From Eledone cirrhosa (Eukaryota): 64,000 nucleotides of DNA. The DNA lies in NCBI GenBank assembly GCA_964016885.1, contig OZ024743.1, positions 148,490,001-148,554,000 on the forward strand, read 5' to 3'. The position numbers were made by a program, and so were the translations under genes. The notes beneath the pieces are model-generated. The model was not told the origin of the DNA and did not search any database. It saw only the letters and a list, made by a program, of their open reading frames with translations. Numbering within the stretch: the stretch's first letter is position 1; each line of letters begins with the position of its first letter. Below are positions 39,257-53,861 of the stretch, piece after piece.

Positions 39257-39651
39257 GAAGACCCGCCTTGCCTAAGTGCAAAGCGAAACCTACAGTCAGC
39301 AGGCACCTCTTAACCAAAATACACCCCCGTCCCACTACCCCCACCCCATCCACACCACCCCTTTCAATGTAAAGTTATGTTGGTACCACAGCATCCAGGC
39401 CGAAATAAATGAGGTTTTGTAGGTGTCACGACAAAAAAACACAGTCCACGGTGTAATGTGGCCGTGTAGGTAACAAGGTAAAAACCTCCCAGTCCACATT
39501 GCAAACGTGGTTGGTGTTAGGAAGGGCATCCAGCCGTAGAAAACCCGCCAGACAGTCCTATACGAGCAAGACAACCAATCTTGCCTCAAGTGGGAAAATT
39601 CCCGTCCAAACCCATGCTAGCGTGGAAGATGGACGTTAGATGATGATGATG

Positions 39652-39653
<2 letters not shown>
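39257..39653 (+). mobile_element. RTE 3'UTR-only insertion with a (GAT)n tail
   Basis: Matches 43675-44070. Confidence 0.88.
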
Positions 39654-39689
<36 letters not shown>

Positions 39690-39732
39690 GTATATATATA
39701 TATGTATATATATATGTATATATATATACATA

Positions 39733-39823
<91 letters not shown>

Positions 39824-39858
39824 ATATATATGTGTGTATGTATATATGTATATATATG

Positions 39859-39889
<31 letters not shown>

Positions 39890-39950
39890 GTATATATATA
39901 TATGTATATATATGTGTATATATATGTATATATATATATATAAATGTATA

Positions 39951-40003
<53 letters not shown>

Positions 40004-40199
40004 GTATATATGTATATATTATATGTATATATGTATATATATATATATATATGTATATATATACATGTATATATATATAAAAATGTATATATATATGTAT
40101 ATATATGTATATGTATATGTATATAAGTATATATGTATATATGTATATATATATATATGTATGTATATATATGTATATATATATATTTATATATATATG

Positions 40200-40231
<32 letters not shown>

Positions 40232-40266
40232 TGTATATATGTATATATAGATATATGTATATATGT
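39654..40266. repeat. (TA)n/(TATG)n microsatellite
   Basis: Direct inspection. Confidence 0.97.
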
Positions 40267-40324
40267 AATCGTTGCTATCCTATAATTCTGTCTCACTGGT
40301 CTAAATAATCTATCCCCACGCTTG

Positions 40325-43300
40325 TTCTAAATAAGCTTCTCTTTGCTAACTACCTCATACCCCTCCCTCCCACCCCCACTGTCCACCTTTATTATTTGGA
40401 CCAATCACAAGGCAACGGCCTATGCTATCACTTCTGGCTGCTTTTCGATATGATGGATGGACTAAGGAATTTCTGGAGAGTCTGAAGAATCTGGACACTC
40501 GATGACAATGCCAAATATAACGACAAATTCACCTCATGCTGCCGGAAGAAAGGGCAAGGCCCCTTCCTCTTTGTTTTGGCCGCGGATGGCCAACATAACC
40601 CAAACCCCATCCCCCTCACCCCTCCCTGCGCCCCATCCTCCAAACACAATCCAAAACTTCAGAGTTGGTACCATGAATGTAGGCACCTTAAAAGGCCACT
40701 CTAACGAGGTTGTAGAAATGCTTGAACGTAAAGAGGTTGATGTTTGCTGTATCCAAGAGACCAGGTGGAGGGGCGGGTCTGCTAGATTCATTGTGGGTAA
40801 AAAACGTTGCTATAAGCTTTTCTGGGTGGGAAATGACAATGGGATAGGTGGGGTAGGAATCATGTTAGCAGAAAAATGGGTGGATAAGATAATAGATGTA
40901 AATAGAGTGAATGACAGAATAATTAAAATAAGACTTGTTCTAAATAGAACTACTGTGACAGTAATATCTGCATACGCGCCCCAATCCGGACTGCCTGGCA
41001 CTATAAAAGACAGATTTTATGAGACACTGATGCTCACTACCTCCCAAATAACCGACAGTGACTATATAATTATTGCTGGTGACCTAAATGGCCACGTTGG
41101 ACAACATTGTGATGGCTATGACGGAATCCACGGAGGCTATGGGTTTGGTACTAGAAACAAGGAAGGCTCCAGATTCCTGGAATTCTGTGATGCAAATAAC
41201 CTAACTATCTGTAACACTAACTTCAAAAAACGAGACAATCACTTGATCACCTACAGATCAGGGGAACATACCAGCCAGGTAGATTATATCCTTACCAGAA
41301 GACGTGGCAGAGTGTCTGTTGTAAACACTAAATCCCTCCACCATGAAGAATGCACCGCCCAACATAGACTGATAATTAGCGACCTCATAGTCAGGACGAG
41401 ACGTACTAGACAGCAGAAGAGGACTATCCTCAGGAGAAAAATATGGAAGCTAAAGGACCCCACAACCAGAAATAAATTTCAAAGCATATTACTTGATGCT
41501 TTTGAGAGTAAGGAAGAGCAATTAGAGTCGTACGATATAGAGGAACAGTGGGAATTCGTGAAAGCAAACCTGCTGATGGCGGCAGACAAAGACTGTGGCT
41601 GGAGCAGGCCTGTAGGCAGGAGGAGAGTAACATGGTGGTGGAACAGTAAGGTGGAGGAGTCAATTAAGGCCAAAAAACAGGCTTGGAAAGTATGGCGGTA
41701 TGGGGGAAGTAGAGAAGACTATCAAGTGGCCAGGAGGGAAGCTAGGAGACAAGTGTACTTCGCAAGAAGGGAAGCAGAGGAAAGAAAGTTCAAGCATGTT
41801 CTACAACGCGAGGACCAAAAACGTGAGGTGTTCAGGATTGCTAGGCAATGTGTCAAGGAAAACCGTGATATTGTCAGGGAGAAGTGTGTACTTAATGATG
41901 ATGGCGTACTTTCCATCACTGACACTGATAAGGAGGTAGCTTGGAAGTGTCACTACGAAAGGCTACTAAATGAGGAGAATAAATGGGAGAAAGACAGTCT
42001 CCCCCACATCGACCCAATAGAGGGACCAGCAGTGTTAGTCGAAGGTAGTATAATAAGTAAGGCAATCAAAGATATGAAGACGGGTAAGGCGGCTGGGCCT
42101 TTGGAAATAGTTGCTGAGATGCTGAAAGCCTCTGGAACGGTGGGACACACCATGGTCACCCGGATAGTAAACCAAGTCATACAGAATGGGGTTGTTCCGA
42201 AGGACTGGCGTAGTAGCATCATCATTAACTGTTACAAGGGTAAAGGAGATGCCCTAGATAGGAGTAACTATAGAGGCATTAAATTAATCGACCAGGTCAT
42301 GAAGGTCACGGAAAAAGTAATAGCGCAACTAATCAGAGAGAGAATTGATTTAGATGAAATGCAGTTCGGGTTTGTGTCAGGCAAAAGTACCACAGACGCT
42401 CTTTTCATTGTACGACAACTACAGGAGAAGTACCTAGCTAAAAGTAAACCCCTATACTTAGCTTTTGTCGACTTGGAGAAAGCCTTCGACAGAGTCCCCC
42501 GTTCCATTATCTGGTGGGCTATTAGAAAACTAGGTGTTGATGAATGGCTTGTGAGAGCTATACAAGCCATGTATAAAGAAACAGTCAGCAAGGTTAGAAT
42601 TAACAACGAATATAGTGAAGAGTTTAGCGTAAAATTTGGTGTTCATCAGGGCTCTATTCTTAGCCCCTACTATTTATTATTGCCCTTCAGGCTATAACAG
42701 TGGAGTTCAAGACCGGCTGCCCATGGGAACTCTTATACGCAGATGATCTAACACTCATAGCTGAATCAATGGCCAAGCTAGAGAAGAAATTCCAAACATG
42801 GAAGCACGGCCTAGAATCAAAAGGCCTTAAAATTAACCTGGCTAAGACTAAAGTTCTAGTTTGTAGGAAAGAAAATAAGGCTCCGGTCCCTTCCGGGAAA
42901 TGGCCATGCTCAGTGTGTAGGAAAGGCGTTGGTAGAAACTCCATTTTATGTCCCAAATGCAAAGTATGGGTGCATAAAAGATGTAGTGGGATCACAGGTA
43001 ACCTAACTAAGAACATAGATTTTACATGTGGCCGGTGCTCTGGTGCAATAAGTAGCAGCAAGTGCCCATGAAATACTAGCTCTTTCAATTGCGCAGATGA
43101 TTCTATAGAAATAGTGGACAGGTTCCGTTACCTGGGTGACAAAATCAGCAGTGGGGGAGGGTGCTCTGAAAGTACAGTAGCTAGAGTCAGAACTGGAGGG
43201 AAAAAGTTCAGAGAGCTTATACCACTATTGGCCGCTAAAGGGTTCTCCCTAAAAATGAAAGGCAGGCTGTATGATGCCTGCATACAAACAGCTATGTTGC

Positions 43301-44071
43301 ATGGCAGTGAAACCTGGGCATTGTGTGCAGAGGATATACGCAGACTAGAGAGGAACGAAGCTTGCATGCTCCGCTGGATGTGTAATAGTAATATACGTGA
43401 ACAGCAAAGCATAAACGAACTAAGGGAAAAATTAGAAATAAGGGGGATCAGATGTTGTTTACTCGAGAGAAGGCTACGTTGGTATGGTCACGTGGTGCGC
43501 ATGAAAGATGACAGCTGTATAAAAAAAGTGCAGGGCAATAAAGATAGACGGTAGCCACGGAGTAGGCAGACCCAGAAAAACCTGGGACGACCTGATAAAT
43601 TCCGACCTCACACACTTACACCTCTCCAAGACAATGTCACTGGACCGAGATCTTTGGCGGTACTCAGTAATAGAGAAGACCCTCCTTACCTAAATACAAC
43701 GTAAAATCTAATACAGTCAGTAGGCATCTCTAACAAAATACACCCCCACCCCCATCCACACCGCCCCTTTCAATGTAAAGTTATGTTGGTGCCACAACAT
43801 CCAGGCCGAAACAAATGAGATCGTGTAGGTGTCACGACAAAAAAACACACAGTCCACGCTGTAATGTGGCCGTGTAGGCAACACGGTAAAAACCTCCCAG
43901 TCCCACACTGTAAATGTGGTTGGTGTTAGGAAGGGCATCCAACTGTAGAAAACCCGCCAGACAGTCCTATGCTAGCAAGACAACCACTCTTGCCTCAAGT
44001 GGGAAAACTCCCGTCCAAGCCCATGCAAGCGTGGAACATGGACGTTAAACGATGATGATGATGATGATGAT
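40325..44071 (+). mobile_element. Near-full-length RTE LINE
   Basis: 5'UTR homologous to the reverse complement of 29020-29195. Ends GGACGTTAAAC(GAT)n. Confidence 0.95.
40502..43693 (+). pseudogene. RTE polyprotein (APE, RT, PHD-like finger); 731-aa open segment, then a frameshift at ~42668, a stop at 43069 and a frameshift at ~43525
   Basis: GTMNV, CIQETRW, SAYAPQ, AGDLNGH, QVDYIL, YRGIKL, QFGF, FVDLEKAFD, HQGS, YADD, FRYLG, LRWYGH. Confidence 0.95.
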
Positions 44072-44363
44072 ATGTATATAGATATATATATACATATACA
44101 TATATATGTATGTATGTATATATATATATATATGTATGTATATATATATATGTAAAGTATATATCTGTATATACATATATTTATATATATATATACATAT
44201 ATATATACACATATATATATACATATATATATATATATACATATATATATACCTATATATATATACATATACATATACATATACATATATATATATACAT
44301 ATATAGATATATATATATATGTGTGTATATATATGTATATATACATATATGTGTATATATATG

Positions 44364-44396
<33 letters not shown>

Positions 44397-44415
44397 GTGT
44401 ATATATATATATGTG
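44072..44415. repeat. (TA)n/(TACA)n microsatellite
   Basis: Direct inspection. Confidence 0.95.
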
Positions 44416-44480
44416 TATTTATTAAAATTTATCCTTATCGAGCCCTCTTTGGATTTTAGTCTTCAAATTTATTAGTGTGT

Positions 44481-46093
44481 CAGGAAAATTACTTAGCTAA
44501 AAGTAAGCCACTCTATCTGGCATTCGTCGATCTCGAGAAAGTCTTTGACAGAGTTCCACGTGCTATAATCTGGTGGACTCTTAGAAAACTAGGAGTAGAT
44601 GAATGACTTGTGAAATCTGTACATGCCCCGTATCAGGGACCAGTCAGCAAAGTTAGGATTAGCAATGAGTATAGCGAGGAATTTAGCGTATAGGTCGGTG
44701 TCCATGAGGGCTCTGTTCTTAGCCCTCTCCTGTTCATCATAGTCCTGCAGGCAATAACGGAGGAGTTTAAGTCCGGATGCCCATGGGAACTCCTGTATGC
44801 AGATGACCTTCCACTTAGAGCTGATTCTATTGTAGAACTAGAGAAGAAATTCCAAACTTGGAAGCAGGGAGTAGAAATAAAGGGTCTCAAAGTCAACATA
44901 ACAAAGACTATGGTCAACATAACAAAGACCTTGTAAGTAGACAAGAAAACAGAACCCAGATCCCCTCAGGGAAATGGCCTTGCTCAGTATGTAGGAAAGG
45001 TGTAGGTAGGAACTCCATTCTCTGCCCCAAATGCAAACAATGGGTACACAAGAGATGTAGCGGGATCTCAGGAAGCTTAATTAAGAATGTAGGCTTCACA
45101 TGTAGCAGCTGTGCTGGGACAGCAAGCAGCAAACAGCCACAGGAAACAAGTACCACCAATCTCTGGGAGGGCTCTGTAGAAACAGTAGACAGCTTCTGCT
45201 ACCTAGGTGACCTAATTAGCAGCGGAGGTGGGTGTTCAGAAAGTACAATAACTAGGGTAAGAACGGGATGGAAGGAGTTCAAGGAGCTACTGCCTCTGCT
45301 AGCTGCAAAAGGCTTTTCCCTCAAAAGGAAAGGCAGACTGTATGATGCGTGTATCCGAACAGCAATGTTACATGGTAGTGAGACCTGGACACTGAATGTG
45401 GAAGACTTGTGTAGATTAGAAAGAAACGAAGCCTGCATGCTCAGATGGATATGTAATAGTAATATACGCGAACGGCAAAGCATAAATGAATTGAGAGAGA
45501 GACTGAGCATAAGAGGAATCAAACGCTGTGTGCAGGAGAGGCGGTTGCGTTGGTATGGACATGTGATGCGTATGAAGGATGACAGCTGCATAGAAAGGTG
45601 CAGAGCACTAAAAGTCGATGGAAACCACGGAGTGGGGAGACCCAAGAGGACCTGGGGTGAGGTGATAAAAGCTGACCTTACCCAATTTAAACCTCTTAAA
45701 GGCAATGACACACGACCGTGACCTATGGCATTACGCAGTAATATAGAAGACCCGACTTCCCATGGGTACAAGCCGAAGCTGAAGCATTTAGACACTATAC
45801 CCCCGCACCCTCCCACTGCAAAGTGGTCGTGGATGTGCCACGGCAAAAAAGCACCCAGCCCACACTGTAAAGTGGACGTGTAGGTGCCACGGAAAAAAGC
45901 ACCCAGCACTCACTGTAAGTGAGGTTGGTGTTAGGAAGGGCATCCAGCTGTAGAAATCAAGTCAGAATCAGTTCTTGTATGAGTATGCAAGGTCAGCCGA
46001 CCAGACACTGCCCACAACAGGACAACCCGTCTAACCCATGCTAGCGTGGAAGAACGGACGTAAAACGGTGATGATGATGATGATGATGATGAT
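44481..46093 (+). mobile_element. 5'-truncated RTE LINE of a sister subfamily
   Basis: FVDLEKVFD, YADD, PHD-like CSVC..CPKC..HKRC..CSSC, FCYLG, LRWYGH, and a (GAT)n tail. Confidence 0.92.
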
Positions 46094-47701
46094 AATTATC
46101 GTTTTAGTGCCTGCCTCTCCATACAACTTGATAATTATTATTCCTCTTACTGTTATTGTTATCATTATTTTATAAATATTAGAGTGTAACACAAAAATGA
46201 AAGCAAATAATGTGACACATAATAAATGCAATGATAATAAAATAGAATGATATAATATAAAACAATATAATATAATATAATATATTAATATAAATGATAA
46301 AAAATGTATATGTCTGTTTCCTTTTTTCTTTTTCCTGCTTGCAAATGTTTGACTTATCTGTAATGCAACATCTTTTCATTCTTCTCAATCCTTCATATTG
46401 TAGAAAACGAAAGGTAAAACAAACAAACTTGAATAAAACAGAATAAAATATGATAAAATGAAATAAAGATTAAAACCAATCGCGATGAGCAGTCAAAAGT
46501 TATAATTTGTCAAAGATGAAAATTGAAATCTATTTAAAACCTTTACAATAATTTCTATACTTATTTTCTAGTGTGAATATTGCAAAGTTTCTTGATTAAA
46601 TTTTCTCCCCCCTCCCCAAATCCTTTTCTTTACTTTTACATATTTTAATCATTGTTGTTATAAATACAAATTTCTATCTGGTTTGCTAAATTATTTTCAA
46701 AGAGCAATAAATTTAACAGCTAGAAATTGGAACTGGAAAAAGATAGAAATAATTATAATGATGATGATGATAGCGATAATAATAATAATAATAATAATAA
46801 TAATTCAAGGAAAGCAATAAAAAGTGAAGGAAAATGTAAGCAGCACAGTTATAAAAATGGAAAGCAAAAATCAACAACAAAATTTTACACATTAATTAAA
46901 ACAGCAGCAGCAATAACAACAACAACAATACAAAGACAATGATATCAGAAATATGAGTAATGATGTGATTTATTGAAATAAATAAACTTTAGAGAAATTC
47001 ATTTTGCTACATGATATGTATCTATGTATCTATATTTAAATAAAATTACTTTTCATAAGGTAGAAAAAGCAAGTAAGCCTTGGAAAAAATATACAAATAT
47101 TCTTAGATTAAATATCTTTTATTAATTATCTAATAACATATAACATGCATAAATTTCTCAAACATTATTCCATGTAATAATGATTCTGTTTAATGTTGTG
47201 ACAATTAGATTATTTACATATATAGGAGTTTGGCGAGTTACATTTAGCTTTCTTCTGAACCACCAGTCTGTTTAATGCTATGGTTGAACTGGCTACATTT
47301 TAAAGCAAAAAACATGTTTTTCTAATATTAAAATGTGCATTTCTGGCCAGTGAAGTTAGTCATCTTAGCTCTGATACCAACACAAGTCAATTTATTTGAA
47401 TTCCTTTGCATAGGCTTATTTATCTGTAAGACAATGTTACTCATAAGGATAAATTGTCTTAATTTACTGATTAACCATCGTAATTCTGGTTATTAGTATT
47501 TTTTCTTTGTCATTTAAAACTGCAGGATAAGCAATATAATTGGATTTACTAATTATAATGTAAGTAGAATTGTGTTTGCCTTTAAATGTATTTTTGCTTA
47601 CTATGCTTTGTTTTACAAAATATAAATATTATATCTCAATAATATTGTGTAAGTAATAGTTTGAAAATTTGGAATTTAGTCTTTAATATTCATTACAGAA
47701 G

Positions 47702-47847
47702 ATATAGGTTGAAATAAATCATCTCGAACAAATTATACCAACATCATCATCATCCTCGTTTAATGCCCAGCAGGGAAAATGGACATTAAACTATGATGAT
47801 GATGGTAATGGTATAATTGTATCAAAATAATTTATTTCAACCTATAT
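47702..47847. repeat. Imperfect palindrome enclosing two opposed RTE tail ends
   Basis: ATATAGGTTGAAATAAAT/ATTTATTTCAACCTATAT, AATTATACCA/TGGTATAATT, and (CAT)n/(GAT)n. Confidence 0.75.
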
Positions 47848-48579
47848 ATTGTGTGTGACGAGAATGAGAGAAAGTGTGTGTTTATGTAAATATGAGTATA
47901 GCTTTATGTTTTTAAGGTTTCTTCTTTACATGTTTACTGATAATCTTATTAACAATTCATATCTCAAATCCTCATTCTCAAGATGAATTCTAAAATCAGA
48001 CCTAACAATTTGCTGTTGATGCTATTTAATGCTAGATAAAGAGATGATCAAGCACTCTTCTGATCAAATTCATGACTATGCTGTCTTTTACTAAATCAGA
48101 AATATTGTGGTCCAATGTATTCTTTTAATGTAGCAATGTGTAATTTGAGGAAGATTTGGCTGTTATTTCTATCAGGGAGATTTACTACACAGCATCTTCT
48201 TTTGGGCTTCTGTGCATGTTTGTATGTATTGTCTGGAGTTCAGTCAATGAGTGGTTTGGTCTGGCATGGTCAGTAGTAGAGAGTGTTTCTTTTCTTTGTG
48301 TCTGGTGTTTGTTGTCAATAGGTGGCTCCAACAACAACACATCAATGATAACAAGAAAAGTCAGAAGAGCCACTGCCCCACCTGATAAACCCACACTCTC
48401 ACCTATGACAGCAATGGTGGTGACACCAACAGCCACTCAAGCAACAACAACAATATACTTGCCAGTACATACAGCAGGAGTGGGGCTGGCATTTGCCGTT
48501 GGTGACATGCTCTGTTTATTGCTAAGTTAGTTATATATATCATCATCAACATCGTTGTTTTAATGTTCACATTATCATT

Positions 48580-49322
48580 ACCATCATCATCATAATTAAT
48601 GTCCATTTCTTATATTAGCATAGATTGGACATGTTACAGTTAGAGGTCAAACAGGCTGGAGTGACCTCAGCTTACTCATATGTTCCATATTTGGCATGGT
48701 TTCTACTGTTGGATGCCTTTCCCATCACCAACCCCTTACAATTGTATTGAGTGCATATTGCCAAGGTACCATTTTACAGAGTAAACTGGGGAATTTTATT
48801 ATAGCATCAATACTAGTATCATTGTCATATGCTCTGCCAGATTGAAGAGTATCATCTACTCCATATTGTATATGTTCAATCATCATCCAATTCATTGTGT
48901 ACTGGGTACATTTAATCATAGTAATGGCTGGAGAGAGGTTGTCACGTAATCAACAGTGCTAGCATGTCTCCTCTACTTTATGAGGTTTCTACTATTCTTC
49001 CATTACTTTATGGATAGGGAATGGAATCTGTGTACATTGTATTGTGTCAGCAACAATAAGGTGGCTTCCTTGTCCACTGCTGGCTGAAGAGACCTCCACA
49101 CTCCATGTAACATCTGATCTTTTACTACATTTACTTTCAGTGTCTTGGTGCTTGTACTAGTGGATATGTCTTTTGTATTGTGGCATACATCAATTAGCTC
49201 AGTCTTCTGTCACTGTAGTTCAGTTTCTTGAGGTCATCATTCACAATTTCAACAGATGGCTTTCTTGGTCTTCCTCTTCCATGGGTTCCATCCTCTTTAA
49301 ATGCACAGCATTTTTTATGCAA
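48580..49322 (-). pseudogene. Old RTE 3' relic
   Basis: Minus strand CIKKC..EDGTHGRGRPRK..DDLKKL, with an RTE-like tail at 48580-48740. Confidence 0.65.
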
Positions 49323-49451
<129 letters not shown>

Positions 49452-52400
49452 CTGCTAATGTGCAGATCTGACTGATCAACCAGTCTGCTAATATGCAAAT
49501 CAGGCCAATCAGTCATTGTATATTTCAGAAAATATCATATATTTTTCTAGCTCTGACAGTTGGCAGGTAAGCAGTAAACTGCACTGATGAAGGGTAATCA
49601 GTGTCATTTGAGGTATGTCCAGACTTGCTGTGAAATTAGACCTCATGATTAAACTACAATTTTTTCTTTTATTATAGATCAATATATTGTTTATTGTGTA
49701 ATAATTGTTAGTGTAGGGTCTTTCCAATATGTGGGGAATATAAACCAAGCAATTGAATTATGATGGGTCAGAAGATTTGCCTGACAGTGTTGTTATATGG
49801 AAAAACTGAATAACCCAATTTTTATCACCCTTGTTCGTCAACGTTAATATAGCTTATAATCAGCCATTAATGAATATCAGCAATTATGAACAGATATGTA
49901 GAAAATACAAACATTTTGTGTGTAACAATTTCTTTTTGGGGAGAAATTAATAGCTTAGTAACTTTTTTTAATAAAGCCAAACTTTTTGTTTTCCAAAATA
50001 TTGTAAGAACTATTGACATAAAGATTTTCATCTCTGTCACACTATCCCAAATAATCTCAAGCTATTTAAACAAATTACATAAATGACTAATTATTACTAA
50101 TTATTTTTAATTGGTGGTTTGTATCATTTTAAATTAAATAATTAAATATTCATAAGAGATTTGGATTCACTTCCTTTAACTTCTCTCCTGAAATGAGATA
50201 AAATAATGGTTTATGTATAATTTGAACTGCCAGCAATGAAGGCAGCATCAACATCAACAATAACTTTTTCAGTTTTTCATTATGACTAATATTTTCAAGA
50301 ATTATTTAAATCGAAATATATAATCTTTCTGTCAAACGAACAAAAGGAAATTCAATGATTTCCTTCATAAAAACAATACAATTCTGCTTTTGATTTCACA
50401 TTTTTGTTAAAGAGTCAAAAAGAAAAAAAAAAAACACTGTTAAGTTTTCCCAATGGAATATTAGGGAAAATAAGAAGCAACTAAACTCCAAAAGCATTAA
50501 ATTGATTATTATGAATCTTAGACAAGTTTCTTATCTTTAAATGGGCTAAATCTTTCATGTATTGTATTGATTTCTATGAATTCTCTTTCACAGGATCATA
50601 TTTCTTTAGCTAATTGTTGCAAATGGGGATGTTAAGATGAATTTCTTTGAAATGGTTTTGCTTTATGAAGAAATATCTTTCTTTACTAATGAATGTGAAC
50701 TGGATGCAGCTTCCCTTTCTTCCAGCCTGTTACTGCTATTATTATGATTTAATTTTATTTTGATTGTATTTTGATTTCTTTTTAATTTCTATATTTAATA
50801 TGGCTATTCTTTTACAAGCCTTGCATGACGCAAAGTCTTTCCTTCCAGCATTCTTTATGCAAAGCAAAGTCCATTAGAAAAACAAAGCTTTCTTTTTCTA
50901 TTTCTTCAAAAATCATTTGAGACTGTCATTTTTATACAATCCATTCATTTCACATTATTTTCAATCTATATTCTTCAAATATTGTCAGTAATTTAGTTTC
51001 ATTATTTATACATTCATTTGTGAAATTAAATATAAAAATGACAAGAAAAATAACAACAGTTCCACAGAATCTATATTAACGGCAACAGACATACAATTGC
51101 CCTGGTTACCCTGAACTGTTATCACACAAAACAACTTTATTTTCATTCAATTTAATCTCACCTTACTATCACTTTTTGCTCTTAATTCACACCACATTCT
51201 CATTCATTGGCAAGTTATCTTCCTCATCACAATATTACACACATTAATTTTAACTGCTATTTTCGATGTATCTAATTTGTCATCTAATTGATTCATATGC
51301 ATTTTTAAGGTTCAGCACTAGAGTAGATTTGATGTCATGTGACTATGTACTAATTACAAATATCACCATAGCGTTATTTAGCCCCACGCCATCTAAAGAT
51401 ATATCAGCTGTGATCATTCTGAAATTTTTGTATAATTAAGACATTTGTATCCTTCGTTTAAAGATGATAGGATTTGCTATGAGAGGGATTTTGCTTCCAT
51501 CTCTAACAGGTTCAATTACAACAAAAAGTTCCCTTGTCTGTTGTCTTGTATTTGTTTAGATCAGACATAGTGCTCGATTTGTGTAAAATCATGAGTATTT
51601 GTTTATGAATCTTTCCCTGGGGTTTAGATTTTATGTGAAATTAAATTTGAGAGAACCACATAATTGAGGTGTTTAGTTCTAACTTTGATAAATCCCATAT
51701 CTCTGGGATTTTGAGGCATAACTGAAAACTCTATAATCATGTTGTTTGTGTAAAGCAAGAAATAAAGCTGAATTCAGTCTTATTCTTAGCTATATATCTG
51801 TGGTAAATATTTTATTCAGGATTTCAAGCTACGAAACTATAGTGATTTCACAATGTTCTCCATTTTTATAATAGTGATATGTACTTTCCTATGGTATCTA
51901 TTTACAATTTGTGGTACTGTGACATTGATCAAAGGACAACAATGTGATCATGAGTCATGAGCTACCATCAATATCAGATGTTTGTTCAAAACTGAGTTGA
52001 ATTTTCCCCATATAAATCTTTAAATCTAATTCTATTGTCATTTTAAAAATGAGTAAGATTTGAGACCAGAATCTGAACATGCTATTTTTAATTCAAACAA
52101 AAAAAAGAAATAGAAGTAAGAGCTTCAATAACTGGCCAATCACTTAATCAATGGGAACCAATGTTTATTATTTAAGCAGTATTGGTTTGTTTACACTATT
52201 ACTATATTATAACATTGTGTTGTTTATATTAGCCTACTCCTGTCTTCTGTTCTTACTATTATTGCTCTTTGGCACTCAATTGTTTGTGTTATTGAAATCT
52301 TACCAAATCTTCCAGTTTTGTTATCTTAGGCTTCAAGCTAAAGATTCCAAGATGTGTGCAGACTGCAGCTGTGTGTGCGTTTTGTGTCAATCTTCCAGGT

Positions 52401-52605
52401 TTCCCAAAACACAATAACCATTGCCAGTTCAAAATAAGCAACAACAACAAAAACTGAATATTCTAAATATGCCAGCTAAGTGGCTACATTAGTCTTTGTT
52501 TATTATTGCAAACATTCTCTGTAATCTAACAAAAAAATAAAATAATTGCTTATGTATGAATTGCCAAAGCTAAAGGATATAGTAAAAGAAAAAGTAAAGT
52601 GAGTT

Positions 52606-52641
<36 letters not shown>

Positions 52642-53751
52642 CATACATATATGTGTGTATGTTTGTTCTGTTATTTGTAAAGTCTCAACATAAGAAATAA
52701 GTAAAAACTAATAAAAGACTTAATGTAACTGTATAATTTGGATATTTTTGTTGTCTTAACCCTGCAGAATTACCAGGTTCTAAAGTACTTCACTGCATCT
52801 CCAATTTTACTTACCATAAACATGACTATGAAGAGCAGTGAATTAGAAGTATCAGTAGAGCATTAGTCTAAATGTGTTCTGGGTTTGAATCTTGGTGCAG
52901 TTGACATTATATATTATTCTTCTGTAATCTTCATCTATTATAACTTAATTCACATCTTGGAAATATTTTAGGTATACTTGGGTGGTAAACATAATCCATT
53001 GCACAGTTTAGCACCACCTGGTCTTTGGGGTCCTTAGTCGAGTCTACACTACAGAATTTGGAACAGGTCATTGGTTTGAAGGTAACTTCTTCATACTTGT
53101 CTAATAGTCTCATCACTGTTGAAAGGATTCATGGACACTGCACTTCATCCTGACTAAGAATTGCAAATTTGACCCAGTACTTGATCAATTTCAAAAAGAT
53201 AAAAAGCAAAGTTGACCTCAGTAACATTTGAAAATACTGCAGGTTTGGACAAGTTGGTGGATTTGCAGAATCCACCACCTTCACAATAAAACAAAGTCAT
53301 GGTTAGAGATCAATATTGTAGCATTAATCTTCCATAGAGTAGAGGTAAGCTGTGGAGATGTCAATGTAGTTTCATGGCTCAGTTGAAGCTAATTCTCTAT
53401 ATTCATCACTAGCTGAATGACCCAGTGTTGCCTAGGTTACTGCTGTTCTTATTCAGATTAGTAAAAAATGAATATGAAGATATATATTTTTTCTCATAAT
53501 TATTTCAAAAAATCTATATTTTATTTTTAAAATATCAAAATCGTAATGATGAAAATCTGTCAATCTTGAAGCACCTCAGGGTAAACAATATTCATTGTGT
53601 AATTTTTTGTTGGTACCCAAATGAATAAATTGTTGCTGCTTCCAACTCATGAGCATCCAGCATAGAATTGAGTGAGGGAGAAACATGTAGTAGAGAGATG
53701 AAGTCGAACTACCTAATGGGATTGACGCTGAGATTTGTTCATTGAAATAAC

Positions 53752-53861
53752 TGTTTCTACGTTAGGCACAAGGCCAGCAATTACCCAGTGTATTACTGGT
53801 TCTTTATTTTATCGACCCCGTAAGGATGAAAGGCAAAGTTAACCTCGGCGGGATTTGAACT
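53752..53861 (-). mobile_element. 5'-truncated Meta/MESC-like SINE with a target duplication (TTTGTTCATTGAAATAAC)
   Basis: The flanking sequence is repeated at ~53734 and ~53861. The body matches 56066-56177. Confidence 0.8.

Noticed and set aside
45199-45909. 236-aa minus-strand ORF and similar antisense ORFs over RTE, PLE and Tc1 sequence
   Set aside because: They are shadows of transposon coding strands with no motifs of their own.
52931-53116. 61-aa ORF of normal composition
   Set aside because: No recognisable motif or convincing splice context.
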